DNA of 64,000 nt, from positions 130,081,324 to 130,145,323 of the forward strand of contig NC_068982.1 in NCBI RefSeq assembly GCF_001194135.2, given 5' to 3'. The notes under the pieces were generated by a model. It made no database searches. It was given only the letters and a program-made list of their open reading frames with translations, and had not been told where the DNA came from. Source of the DNA: Octopus bimaculoides (taxonomy: Eukaryota). Shown here one piece after another: positions 13,056 through 24,624 of this stretch (the first letter of the stretch is position 1; every line of letters starts with the position of its first letter). A program made the translations under genes and the position numbers.

Positions 13056-14398
13056 TGAAAGCAGCCTGCAGAGGATTGCAGTTACCATCAAGAGAGACTT
13101 GGGTGAACCCGACGGTAGTGGGTATAGGTATTTAGGGCTTTTGGAGCTAGATGACATTCTATACAGAGAAATGAAAGTCAAAGTCAGCGAGGCGTATCAA
13201 AAAGGGTGAAGATGGCGTTGAAATCCAACCTGATTACCGCAATGACTACCTGGGCAGTTGCAGTTGTTAGATATAGTGCGTCCATCCTCAGATGGACTAA
13301 GGATGAAATATCAACACTGGATAAAAGAACGTGAAAGTTGATGACGCTGCATGGGGCGCTACACCCTAAAGCAAACGTAAACAGACTGTATATGAAAAGA
13401 AAGAATGGTGGCAGAGGACTAATTAGTATAGACCATTGTATAAGGAGTGAAAGGAGAACCCTTGCCGAGTATTTGATAAATAGTGATGAAGACCTGCTGC
13501 AATATGCCGCGAAAGATATGGGTATAAATGCAGATGAAATGATGGGCAAGGAGGAGTTTGACCAAAGAGCTGAGGAGAAGGGAAAAGAAGACCTTCTTGA
13601 AATGAGAATGCATGGACAGTTTGAAAGGAATACATAAGACGTTAAGGATAATACAGCATCGTGGGCATGGCTTGAGCGAGGTGATTTGCAGAGTATCACC
13701 GAAAGCCTGATCATTGCTGCACAAGATCAGGCTCTCGCTACCAATTCAGTGAAGTATAACATCTATAAAACTTCTAATACCCAGAAATGCAGACTCTGTG
13801 GAAGAGTGTGGAAAATGTGACCCACTTGGTAAGTGGATGTGAGAGCCTTGCACTAAAAGAATACAAGCGCCGCCACGATAAAGTGTGTGTGTATCTTCAT
13901 TGGCTCTTATGCCGTAAATACCAATATGAAGTTATGCAGGAGGATGGAAAAGTAAAGATACTCTGGGACTATGATTTTCAGACGAACGTGTAATCGAACA
14001 CCGTCGGCCGGATATTGTCATCTTGAAAAGAGAGACAAATACCGTCAGATCATTGACGTAGCCATACCAAATGACATGAATGTTGTGAGTAAAGAGGTTG
14101 AAAAAATCACCAAGAACTCCGAATTGAAAGTGAAAATGGCAAGACTGTATGGAATGCGAGAGGGTAATGTAAAAGTGATAACAATGGTGATCGGAGCGTT
14201 GGTCTCAATCCCATTGAAACTTCAAAACTTCTGAAGGCAACTGGAAATCCCATGCAAGATTGATGTCTTGCAAAAGGCAGCCTTATTGGGCACAGCGCAC
14301 ATCTTAAGAAAAGTATTACCTGTCTGAGGTCCTTGTTGTGACTTGACAGATCACGAAAAACTCCGGTGCATTTTTACCTACACTGTATAACGAAGGAA
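13053..14398 (+). mobile_element. 5'-truncated R4/Dong-like non-LTR retrotransposon (RT C-terminus, CCHC finger, restriction-like endonuclease), frameshifted, embedded in (AAT)n
   Basis: Translated segments WAVAVVRY, GALHPKANVNRLYMKRKNGGRGLISI, the CCHC region NVTHLVSGC..RRHDKV, KILWDYDFQT, RRPDIV..IIDVAIPND and the C-terminus LLGTAHILRKVL. (AAT)n lies on both sides. Confidence 0.9.
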
Positions 14399-14418
14399 TA
14401 ATAATAATAATGATGATG

Positions 14419-14492
<74 letters not shown>

Positions 14493-14494
14493 TC

Positions 14495-14577
14495 TAACTT
14501 GTTGTCTCTTGAGGTCTCTGGGTGAGACTTGGATCCAACTTGTACAAATGCAAAACAAAAGTCAAACATAAAATAAT
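14495..14577 (+). mobile_element. 3'UTR fragment of a second R4-like family
   Basis: TGAGGTCTCTGGGTGAGACTTG resembles the 3'UTR TGAGGTCCTTGTTGTGACTTG of the element upstream. Flanked by (AAT)n. Confidence 0.6.
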
Positions 14578-14595
14578 AATAATAATAATAATAAT

Positions 14596-14815
14596 AAAAT
14601 ATTCAGACAAATACATAACAAAAACACCAGGACTTACAAATATATATAACATACAGAAAATTGCACTACTGGGCATTGCACACATCCTAAGCAAAACACT
14701 TTCAATACAGTAACCATAAGAGCATCACAGCAAACCACAGCACATACCCAAGGCACACAGAGCTGCGCTCGGTAGTGAAGTGAAAGCACGTTATAAAAAT
14801 AAAACTACTGATCAA
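14596..14815 (+). mobile_element. 3' end of a third R4-like RLE family
   Basis: Encodes IQKIALLGIAHILSKTLSIQ*, the same C-terminal motif as LQKAALLGTAHILRKVL. It has a distinct 3'UTR and ends in (AAT)n. Confidence 0.75.
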
Positions 14816-14859
14816 TAATAATAATAGCAATAATATCCCTGGCTGCAACTGTAGGGTAA

Positions 14860-15125
14860 AATCCCATTTTTTTTATGGAAGACCAGCAGTCGCCCATATA
14901 TACCAGCCTCTCCTCTCCATGCCACCAATATTATCCAAGGGAAAGGCGAAGGCCGATACAGCTTGGCATCTGTGACGTCGCGACTCATTTCTACAGCTGA
15001 GTGAACTGGAGTAATCTGAAATAAAGTGTCTTGCTCAAGAACACAACACGCAGCCCGGTCCGGGAATCGAACTCATAACCTCACGATCGTACGCTCGATG
15101 CTCTGACCATTGAGCCTGCGCCTAC
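14860..15125 (-). mobile_element. tRNA-derived SINE with a V/Meta-like central domain
   Basis: Minus strand: GGCTCAATGG A box, GTTCGATTCCC B box, then TTCTTGAGCAAGACACTTT..CCAGTTCACTCAGCTG..AAATGAGT. Confidence 0.8.
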
Positions 15126-15128
15126 GTA

Positions 15129-15183
<55 letters not shown>

Positions 15184-15484
15184 ATACATATACGCACGCA
15201 CATGTTTCGCAGTTTTTAATGGCCTCCCTGCATCCTGTTTTAATGATGTCTAAAATAGGTTTTATTTAACCAGCCATTTATTTATAATTTAATGTTTCCT
15301 GAACTGAACACTTCCTTATAAGGTAGTCAGTTAAGAGATTACATTCACTTTCAAAGTAATTTACTGAAAGTCGTTACACGCCTTTTGTCTTGCCTCTGTT
15401 AAGAAAAATACAACCTTTTATTTAAAGCGTCCTTGGCCGAAATTTCGTTTCGTCTAATGAGGTCTATCTTTTGCTTAGTTTCAG

Positions 15485-15595
15485 ACGGAAGTTTTAACTG
15501 GTTAAACCTACAAATAGCCTAGGCAATGTCCGTGTTGACATGACTGAACGGAAGCAGATGTATAAATATACGAGAATTTAAAAGTTTTCAATTTT
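15485..15595 (+). promoter_or_regulatory. Candidate core promoter (two ETS-like CGGAAG sites, TATA box, Inr-like element)
   Basis: ACGGAAGT at 15485, ACGGAAGC at 15548, TATAAATA at 15561, and TCAATTT with its A at 15590, 29 nt after the TATA start. Confidence 0.4.
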
Positions 15596-16557
15596 ATTTT
15601 TACATAAATTATCCATGAACACCAGGGTTAGTTTCTTCTATCGGAAAGCATTATGTAAAGAGTAGATAAAAACTAGGAGTTGCAAAAAGAAACAAACTTT
15701 CTGTTGTACATGATAATTTCTTTGGTGAGTTAAGATAACCGTCTTAAATGTCTAGATTATTAGGCTCATTATTTCGAGTGTCTTTTTAAATGTTTTATAT
15801 CACATTTTAATCAATCTGATTGTCCTTGGGTACCCCATCGCTAAAGATATATATTTGAACTTTGTTAAATCTAGTCAAGAGAATAAGTAGGATTAGGGCA
15901 TCTGAAACTGATTGGAAATTAAACTAATCGAAACAAGATTAAAAGGAAACTAGATGAATGAGTTTTAGTGTTTTTAATATTTAAATAGTTTTCTCTTTTA
16001 ACTTTATAACGAAATTTAATTATTTTCAATCTTGGTCAAAAGTATGATTACATTCATAAAAGCAGGCCTTTATGTGGTACCTGAAGAAGTAAAGAAAAAA
16101 TAAGGGATCTATTTTATGATGAAAAAGACTTTAGTGTGGTGTTTAGTTATAAAGTCTAAGAAGGTAGTTCACAATATTAGATAGGCTGCATGGTAACCCA
16201 CGTAGTTTATATTTACAAGTGTACATATAAGTTAATGTAATGAAACATTATTCATGAAACAACGAACATAATAGTTAGGAATCTGCTGTAACATACGAGA
16301 GATAATATTATAAAAGAAGTTTATAGTTACTGAAGACAAAATCAATAGAAATTAAAACTATTGCACATAACCATTGCACGTGATTCCACACTACTATTTA
16401 AAGTTGCTATCTTTTGTTGGATATGACAGAAGCATGTTAAATAGGAAAAAGTGAAAGGGGGTAAGAGACTAACTTAGTGAGAAAAGTGACATAGTTACCT
16501 CTTGACGTCAGAGGTAGAATTCACAAACATTTTATAACCGTAAACCAAATCTTCCAG

Positions 16558-16658
16558 AATCTGCCAAAAAGTTATTGGGTAGGAAAACGTGCACACATCC
16601 TTTAAAGTTTACCAACCATAACAAGTTAGCCGGTACTGATTGGTCAAGCCATATTCAT
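16558..16658 (+). other. Candidate internal exon of an unidentified spliced transcript
   Basis: Acceptor TCTTCCAG and donor CAT|GTAAGT. One open frame (SAKKLLGRKTCTHPLKFTNHNKLAGTDWSSHIH). Followed by a 219-nt intron with a CCCTAAT branch point and TTTTCTTTTGTTTTTGTACAG. Confidence 0.5.
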
Positions 16659-16877
16659 GTAAGTGTTAATGCATTTTACTGTGACACATTGATTTGAGGT
16701 CCGATTGACCTGCAAAATGATTCATATTCATCTCTGACGAAATCGTAAATCTTTCTGGATAGTACAAACAGATAAATTTAACTAACGTACCAACAGATAT
16801 ATTTAACTATCTTCCTGAGCGTGAATCCATTGCTACATATAACCCTAATTTAATCATTTTCTTTTGTTTTTGTACAG

Positions 16878-17030
16878 GACAATTCCATTAATTGGTTAAA
16901 AAAATGTATACTTTGTAGTATCCAAAATATTCAATAGAATACAAAATTATGAAATTATGTTTCAACATTCATATATCATAATATATAATGTAAATTAATT
17001 TTATCATTTGAAATAAAGTTTATTTAGGAG
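16878..17030 (+). other. Candidate terminal exon
   Basis: Strong acceptor. In-frame continuation DNSINWLKKCILCSIQNIQ*. AATAAA at 17012. Confidence 0.45.
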
Positions 17031-17206
17031 AAAAATATTTTTCTTAAAAAAACAGAAAAAAAGTATAGTCATTAAATGTTCGAAGAATATGAAAAGAATA
17101 CGAAATAAACACCCAATTTCTCTGTCAAGCTGCACATTTGCAAACATTTCAGTCAGTTCCAGCTCATTAAATGAATGAATAATAGTTTAATAGTTTTATA
17201 GGCTCA

Positions 17207-17569
17207 ATGTGTGGAGGCGCAATGGCCTAGTGGTTAGGGCAGCGGACTCGCGGTCAAAAATTCGCGGTTTCGATTCCCAGACCGGGCGTTGTGAGTGTTT
17301 ATTGAGCGAAAAAACACCTAAAGCTCCACGAGGCTCCGGCAGGGGATGGTGGCGGACCCTGCTGTACTCTTTCACCACAACTTTCTCTCACCCTTACTTC
17401 CTGCCTCTGTTGTGCCTGTAATTCAAAAAGGGCCAGCCTTGTCACACTGTGTTAAGGGTACACGTGTCTGTGGAGTGCTCAGCCACTTGCACGTTAATTT
17501 CACGAGCAGGCTGTTCCGTTGATCGGATCAAATGGAACTCTCGACGTCGTAAGCGACGGAGTGCCAGCA
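17207..17569 (+). mobile_element. Near-intact tRNA-derived SINE (family C)
   Basis: TGGCCTAGTGG A box, GGTTTCGATTCCC B box and a GC-rich body. A decayed inverted copy lies at 47700-48000. Confidence 0.9.
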
Positions 17570-18373
17570 GGCTCAAAGATATAACAATAGAATTCCACTT
17601 ACAACAATGTGCAGTGTGTACGAACAGATCTTGAAAACTTTGTTGATTCTTGTCTGTTTTCTGCACTTCAAATTCAGATCCTGTCGCGGGCAATTTTGCT
17701 TTTTATCATTTCGGGGTCAAACCTAGTATGGAGTTTGATTTTTCTTCTTCTTCTTCTTCTTCTTCTTCTTCTTCTTCTTCTTCTCTGTTTTTCTCTTTCT
17801 GTATTCTACCTATAATTCTTTATGTCAAGTTGATTTGGCATGAAAACCGAGAGTACTCATGTCTGTTTATTATTCAGCTACTTACATATTGGTTTCATAT
17901 GCAGCAATGTACTTTGTCGCACGACGGAATACTCATCATTGACACTGACTGGAGTCCTTCTATTACTTCTGCTATAAAATATATCATCTCGAGCCAATAT
18001 AAGAACGCGTTATTTCCTTCTCCCAAATTTGTGTCTTAAAACTTGCAAAATTTTCAGATGAAAAAATATTCCCAAAGGATGTGTTATGCCTAGAGTCGCT
18101 GTACAGTTGGTATAGCTAGAGGTATTCTCCTTAATGTCGAGAACATCCAATGACAAGGAGTGGTGTATTTAAGAGCTGTTTATTACTGTTTTGGAACATA
18201 AAACAGACCAGCTCCCAGTCGTTTTCCATCAATGAAATCTATCTCTATTTATTATTCTTTTATATCGAAGAATGTGAAGGATACTGTTACTTATTTATCT
18301 ATCTATATTATCTCTCTGTCTCTGCCTGGTTGTTCTTTTGTTTGTCTGTCTATCTGTCTCACTTTCTCCTCTT

Positions 18374-18408
<35 letters not shown>

Positions 18409-19149
18409 NNNNNNNNNNNNNNNNNNNNNNNNNNNNNNNNNNNNNNNNNNNNNNNNNNNNNNNNNNNNNNNNNNNNNNNNNNNNNNNNNNNNNNNNNNNN
18501 NNNNNNNNNNNNNNNNNNNNNNNNNNNNNNTATATAGCTGTATTTATACATACATGCATGAATGACTATATATTTATGTATATACAAACATATATAAATA
18601 TATGTGTGTGTGTGTTTGTGTGTGTGTGTGTTTGTGTGAGTGTGTGTGTGTGTGTTTGTGTGTGTGTAAGCATGTATGTGTGTATGATTTATGTGTGTAT
18701 GCGCATGCGCATTCGTGGGTACGTGACGAAGCAAACATATGAAGCAATTTCATTCGGAAGTGCTCGACGTTCCATCCATGATACGATAACAACAGTTGCA
18801 GCTAGTCCAAAACTTTCCGTACGTCAACATGACGACGATAACGACGGCATAAAGTCTACGAATAATTTTCAGAATCTAAAATTAATGATCGCATACCGAA
18901 GCAATCTGTTTATCACATTGAGGAGCCGTGTTGGGATCAGTGTTTTTTCTTTTCGCTAGACTGTAAATTTGCCTGAAACGACTTCTACGTTCTATTTCTC
19001 ATCAAGCTCTTACACACGGTCAACATTTTGTAGACACTACTCTGTGTATGTCTATATGTGTAGGTGCGTGCTTACGTGGATGGGTGTTGAGTACCTATTT
19101 GTATTTGTCTGTGTATATCTCTTTCCGTAGTCGTCTCGTACATTCTCTT

Positions 19150-19196
<47 letters not shown>

Positions 19197-19230
19197 TTCT
19201 CTCACTCTCTGAATGCATGCGCATGTATAA

Positions 19231-19284
<54 letters not shown>

Positions 19285-19292
<8 letters not shown>

Positions 19293-19715
19293 TTTTATTT
19301 TTTACTTGTCTCAGTCATTTTACAGCGGCCACGCTGGAGCACCGCCTTCGAGGGTTTTAGTCGAACAAATCGTTCCCAGGACTTATTATTCTTAGTAAGC
19401 CTGGTACTTATTCTATCGGTCTCCTTTGCCGAACCGCTATGTGGAGACGTAAACACTCCAGCACCGATTGTCAAACGGTGATAGTGAGGGGACAAACACA
19501 GACACAAAGACATACACACAGATGCAAACATATACATGAATATATACGACAAGCTTTCAGTTTCCGTCTACCAAATCCACTCAAAAGGCTTTGGTCGTCT
19601 CGAGGCTATTGTAGAAGACACTTGCCCAAGATGCCACTCAGTGGGACTGAGCCCGGAAGCATGTGGTTAGGAAGCAAGCTTCTTACCACACAGTCACGAT
19701 CGCGCCTATGTATAA
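19285..19715 (-). mobile_element. tRNA-derived SINE (family B) with an internal (TG) tract and tail domain
   Basis: Minus-strand head GTGACTGTGTGGTAAGAAGCTTGC..CTCAGTCCC. Collinear with the copies at 44535 and 63370. Confidence 0.9.
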
Positions 19716-19945
19716 TGTATATATATATATCAATGAGTAAGTATGTATGTGTGTATGTTTTTATATGTATGTATGCATTAGGATAGCTGGATGAGACCAT
19801 AGTTTGTAAATATATTCTTTTTCGTTTTCAGTACATCAATCGATATTGGTGAGGATTTGGTGTTTATGTGAGCAAGTTCTCAAGTTATACATTTTGACAT
19901 TGATGTTGAATTGGTTGAGAGAACACCTGACTTCAAGTAGGATCC

Positions 19946-20745
19946 CTAGGAGGGATCTCTTTTCTCTTCCGTCTCCACAACTGTTTCCTCTGATATTATC
20001 CTCTGTAGAGGGCAGTATGCTCTAATGTGGCTCTTTTGGCCACATTTAAAACACCGTGGTACCCTGCCCTCTACCCACACTCTCAGCACAATTTCCCCCA
20101 ACGTCACCGTCTCTGCCAAACTCTGCAGTTGTCTCTCCTCCGCCTGTATAATTAGTTCTAGTATCTTCCCTTTCCACCCTCCTTCTTCCGTTTCTGTGGC
20201 CTGAAGGACAGCCACTTTCTCCTCACTTCCAACAAGGACAACCGCTGCCACCCAAGCCACTTCTATATTAGGTGGGATTGCTTCTACCCTTACCTTAGAT
20301 GTCTTTCTTCCAAGGTATGTGGGTAGAAGCACTACTTCCTCTGTTTTCACTGCCACACTCGCCAGCCTCCTCGCCTCCTCTACTGTCCTAAATTGGACGA
20401 CCATTGTCCCATATCTCCTTCCTTTAGTTATGTATGTTATTTCTTTTGACCGCTCCCTTAGCGCCTTTTCCATTTCAGCTTCCACCTGCTCGGCCTTTTT
20501 TCCTTTTAACGAGAATACCTTATAGGTGATCATTTTTTATCTCCATCCGCTCCATAATTCCTTTGGGGTGGGGGGTGGGGGCACAACCTCACGTCGCCGC
20601 CTACCTTCTGTACCATCTTCTCATATTCCTTCAGCCCAGCCAAGTCCAACTCCCTTCGCTTCATCTCCGTGGCCTCAGCAAAACTCCTTGTCTTCTCCAA
20701 CATTCTGTCCATCTTTATGACCGCCCTTACCAGCTCCTCGGGAAG
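19946..20745 (-). mobile_element. gag-like ORF1 fragment of a non-LTR retrotransposon (RRM-like region plus CCHC zinc knuckle)
   Basis: 195-aa ORF (19946-20533) with CFKCGQKSHIRAYC, preceded by frameshifted coding-like sequence. It is a GC-rich island. Confidence 0.8.
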
Positions 20746-20758
20746 CAATCTTCTTACC

Positions 20759-20818
20759 ACACAGCCACTCCTGCGCGTACACAGCCACTCCTGCGCGTAC
20801 ACAGCCACTCCTGCGCCT
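20759..20818 (-). repeat. Three tandem copies of a 20-bp SINE 5' (A-box) unit
   Basis: ACACAGCCACTCCTGCGCGT x3. The minus strand reads GCGCAGGAGTGGCTGTGT, the family B head. Confidence 0.9.
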
Positions 20819-21289
20819 ATACGATATAGTTATATCAATTGACTAAATTGAAAGAGAGCTTAAATGATCACGTTTTACCCAGCCTTTCGAACCAAGATTT
20901 TCTTATATGTCTGTTAAAGAGAACAATCACTCACAGTGCTGATGTTACAACCAAGTAGATGATAACATTAACTAAAAAAGGCTTGAGTTTTATTGCGAAG
21001 AAGGGAATTAATTAGTGTGTCGTTAGTGGCTTTCTTAACAACCTTAGCGAAGATAAAATTCTGCAGCCCATGATGGTAACTGGGTCGCGGAATATATTTC
21101 AATCAGGAAATGTGTCCTTCAACAAGGAAACAGGTTCTTTTGATATACATACTACCATCATTATAATAATCTGATTAACATAAATTCTAAGTAACTAATG
21201 TAACACAACCGAATTTAATTAGATTGAAAACCGTTTTTTATACGAATTTCTTCACTTTTCCAAACGGCGGGTTATAATGCAGTAAGAAA

Positions 21290-21510
21290 GACTCATCTTC
21301 TATCTTTTACTTGTTTCAGTCATTGGACTTCAGCCATGCTGAGGCACCACCTTGAAGGAGTTAGTTGAACAAATCGTCCCCGATTGTCAAGCGGTGGTGG
21401 GGAACAAACGCAAACACAAAATACACACATACATATACGACGGGCTTCTTTCAGTTTCCGTCTACCAAATCCTCTGAATCAGGAACCATGTGGTTGGGAA
21501 GCAAACTTCT
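21290..21510 (-). mobile_element. Internally deleted family B SINE
   Basis: ACGACGGGCTTCTTTCAGTTTCCGTCTACCAAATCC and GAACCATGTGGTTGGGAAGCAA. Confidence 0.8.
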
Positions 21511-21624
21511 AATACACAGCTATATATTTCCATTTTTTATAGCTTTCTTCTGAATAAAAGGTAAGGGACTCGAGAGTTTACATTTCTTTTTGTGCTTTAG
21601 TTTCTAATGTGGCTAATATTCTTT

Positions 21625-21835
21625 TCGACTATAGGTACAAGGCCCGAAATTTTTGGGGAGGTGGAGTCAGTCGATTACATCGAACCCAATGCGTAACTGG
21701 TACTTAATTTATCGACCCCGAAAGAATGAAAGGCAAAGTCGACCTCGACAGAATTTGAACTCAGAACGTAACAGCAGAAGAAATACCGTTAAGCATTTCG
21801 CCCGGCGTGCTAACGTTTCCGCCAGCTTGCCGCCT
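21625..21835 (-). mobile_element. tRNA-derived SINE (family A)
   Basis: ATCGACCCCGAAAGAATGAAAGGCAAAGTCGACCTCGACAGAATTTGAACTCAGAACG...GCCAGCTTGCCGCC. Confidence 0.9.
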
Positions 21836-22040
21836 CTTAATGTGGCTAATATTGCACGGGAAATGCATGAACATCAATCAGTTACTTCTCTTATCGTTAG
21901 TAAATATGAGGCTTTGCTTTGTTTGTGGTAAATAAATATCTTTCTACTTAAAATAGTCCAGTGGTAAACATTTTGTTTATTTTTAAATACAGTTGTTATT
22001 CTTGAAATTATCAATTGAGTATAAAACGATTGTCTTTCTA

Positions 22041-23329
22041 TCAGGTCATCCCATAAGTTCTGTCCGATTTTACCTTTTTTTAAAATTGAATGAAATTTCA
22101 TAGTATTTTAGAATGTCTAATGGAATTAAAAATTATTTTTATGCATTTGTGTACATTTAAACTAATTAAATATTATTTTACAGAATAATAGAATTAAAAA
22201 TTCTTTTATTAAAACCATTTCTAACATGGAAGTATCCAAAGAGCATTTGAGGCACATGATGCTTTATGAGTACAAAAAAAGAAACTCTGCAGCCGAAGCG
22301 ACTCGAAACATACACTCAGTTTATGGGAGAGAATGCTTGAATGAAAGAACTTGCAGAAGATGGTTTGCAAAATTCAGAAGTGGAGATTTCAGCCTTGAAG
22401 ATGAAGATCGAAGAGGACGTCCAGTTGAGTTTGATGATAAGCTCCTTGAGGTATTACTTGAAGAAAATCCTGCATTATCAGTTGAAGAATTGGCGATAAA
22501 GCTCAGTTCAAGCCATACAACTGTTCATCGTCATCTTCAACAACCTGGAAAGGTTCCTAAACTTGTAAAATGGGTGCCTCAGGAATTGTCCGAAAGCAAC
22601 CGCAAATCCCGAGTTGACATCTGCTCTTCACTCCTTTCTCGCGAACTCATTTCACCCTTTTTGGACAGACTTGTGACTGGTGACGAAAAATGGATCTTCT
22701 ATCGAAATGTTAAACGTCGTAAACAGTCGCTTGGTAAAAGGGAAAAACTCAACCACAGCTGAGAAGGGAACTTCATGAGAAAAAGGTTCTTCTCTCTATC
22801 TGGTGGGATCGCAAAGGAGTAATTCACTTTGAATAGCTACCACCTAATGCAACAATCAATGCTCAAGTCTACTATCAGCAATTAGGGCGTTTGAACCAAG
22901 CTTTGAAGAAAACAAGACCCGCTTTAGTGAATCGAAAAGGAGTGATGTTTCATCAAAACAATGCGCGACCCCACACTGTAAAGATCACATCACAGAAGAT
23001 TGAAGAGCTTGGTTAGGAAAAAAATTCCTCATCCACCTTATTCTCCCGACCTTGCTCCTTCAGACTACCATTTGTTTCGTAGTTTACAGAATCATTTGGG
23101 GGACATAACTTTCGCAAGCCAGGAGGAGGTCGAAACTGACATTTCAGAGTTCTTCGCTTTGAAACCAAAAGACTTTTACATTGATGAGATTAAAAAGCTT
23201 GTAAATAGATAGAAGGAAGTCATAGATAACCATGGAAAGTACATTGATGATTAAATTTCAATTAAATATAACATTTGATCACTTGTTTTCTTTATTCAAA
23301 ATTCGGACAGAACTTATGGGATGACCTGA
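22041..23329 (+). mobile_element. Full-length (1289 bp) mariner transposon, inactivated
   Basis: TIRs TCAGGTCATCCCATAAGTTCTGTCCGA, 27 bp identical at both ends, with TA on each side. Contains an internal transposase. Confidence 0.95.
22226..23254 (+). pseudogene. mariner DD34D-type transposase pseudogene
   Basis: HTH region, WVPQEL, TGDEKW, QNNARPH (second catalytic D appears as N) and YSPDLAPSDYHLF. It has several in-frame stops. Confidence 0.93.
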
Positions 23330-23650
23330 TATTAAAATAGTCCAGTGGTAAATATTTTGTTTATTTTTAAATACAGTAGTTATTTTTGAAATTATCAATT
23401 GAGTATAAAACGATTAAAAGAAAGAAAATATGACTTTGAATAAAACCAGTTCGGCATCAGAATATCTGGTTTGAATACTTCATACTTTTATGGTTAAAGA
23501 AATTGACTCAAGATATATACACTAAAAATTTGCGAACCGGTTTCAGATTTCAACAATAGTAATTTCACTTTAAGTATATCCGTGACGCTGTTGAGGGAAC
23601 ATGAGCAGCTAAACAAAATGTCCAACCGATGCTCTCCCTCACTCTCTCTT

Positions 23651-23706
<56 letters not shown>

Positions 23707-23759
23707 CCTCTCTNNNNNNNNNNNNNNNNNNNNNNNNNNNNNNNNNNNNNNNNNNNNNN

Positions 23760-23794
<35 letters not shown>

Positions 23795-24624
23795 TCTCTC
23801 TCACAGCTAATAAATCAATTCATGAATTTTTTAAAATACAGAATTATTTTTGGCAAGCAACAAGCTCAGTTTCATAACTCAAATGGTAAAGTCATAACGA
23901 ATCAACACCAGTGTTTTACTAGAAGTTATTTTATCGATTTCTGACGGCTAAATGAAAAGGTCTAGTTCAGAATGATATACGTGCTTAACGATCACTGAAT
24001 ACATGATTCTCTATAGTTTGTATTCATTCCTTCACTGCCCTACAAACCTGAATTAATACAAATAGGAATCTATGATCTTATCTTTGCCCGAGGACGTCCA
24101 GCTTAGCATGTGAGGCTATATACCAGGTATCAAGTTACTTTCATAAATATTACAACATCAGAGCGCCATACGTTAACATAAATTAGATTTATTTGCATAG
24201 AAATGTCTTCAGTTTACAGAGTGAGATAAATATGAAGTGGTGTTCTTCATGCAGTTCATCAAAACATAGACGTAACTGATTAAGACTCAAATGAGAATCG
24301 AACTCGTTTACGAATTCGTTTCAAAGAACTTTAACCATTTCACTACGGCGTCTGTCTCAAACAGACATAAGCTGGGAGGCTAAAATACTTATAAAAAGAA
24401 TTAGCAAGTCTCCTTTGAAAAAAAACTGCTGCTTTTGCTTTTCTCACATATCCTTGTTCCGTTGTTATCATTTTGGATTTTCGTCTGATGTTCCTCTTTT
24501 GAGACCTATCATCACCTGGGGCTGTCTTTACTGTCGCCTTACTTCCGTTTACAGAGTCTCTTTTCTTTGAGTTTTCTCTCGATCTACCTGTTTTCTCTCG
24601 GCATCTTAATCACCATTGATTACT

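Noticed and set aside
15517-15530. CCTAGGCAATG match to hammerhead copy 2
   Set aside because: Only 11 nt, with no core or flank homology; expected by chance.
17207-17290. Apparent tRNA gene
   Set aside because: The A and B boxes are followed by a SINE body repeated elsewhere and the acceptor stem does not close, so it is a SINE head.
20759-20818. CRISPR-like short repeats (also 12723-12793 and 34105-34168)
   Set aside because: They are tandem or have only two units, lack unique spacers, and sit in eukaryotic context with no cas genes.
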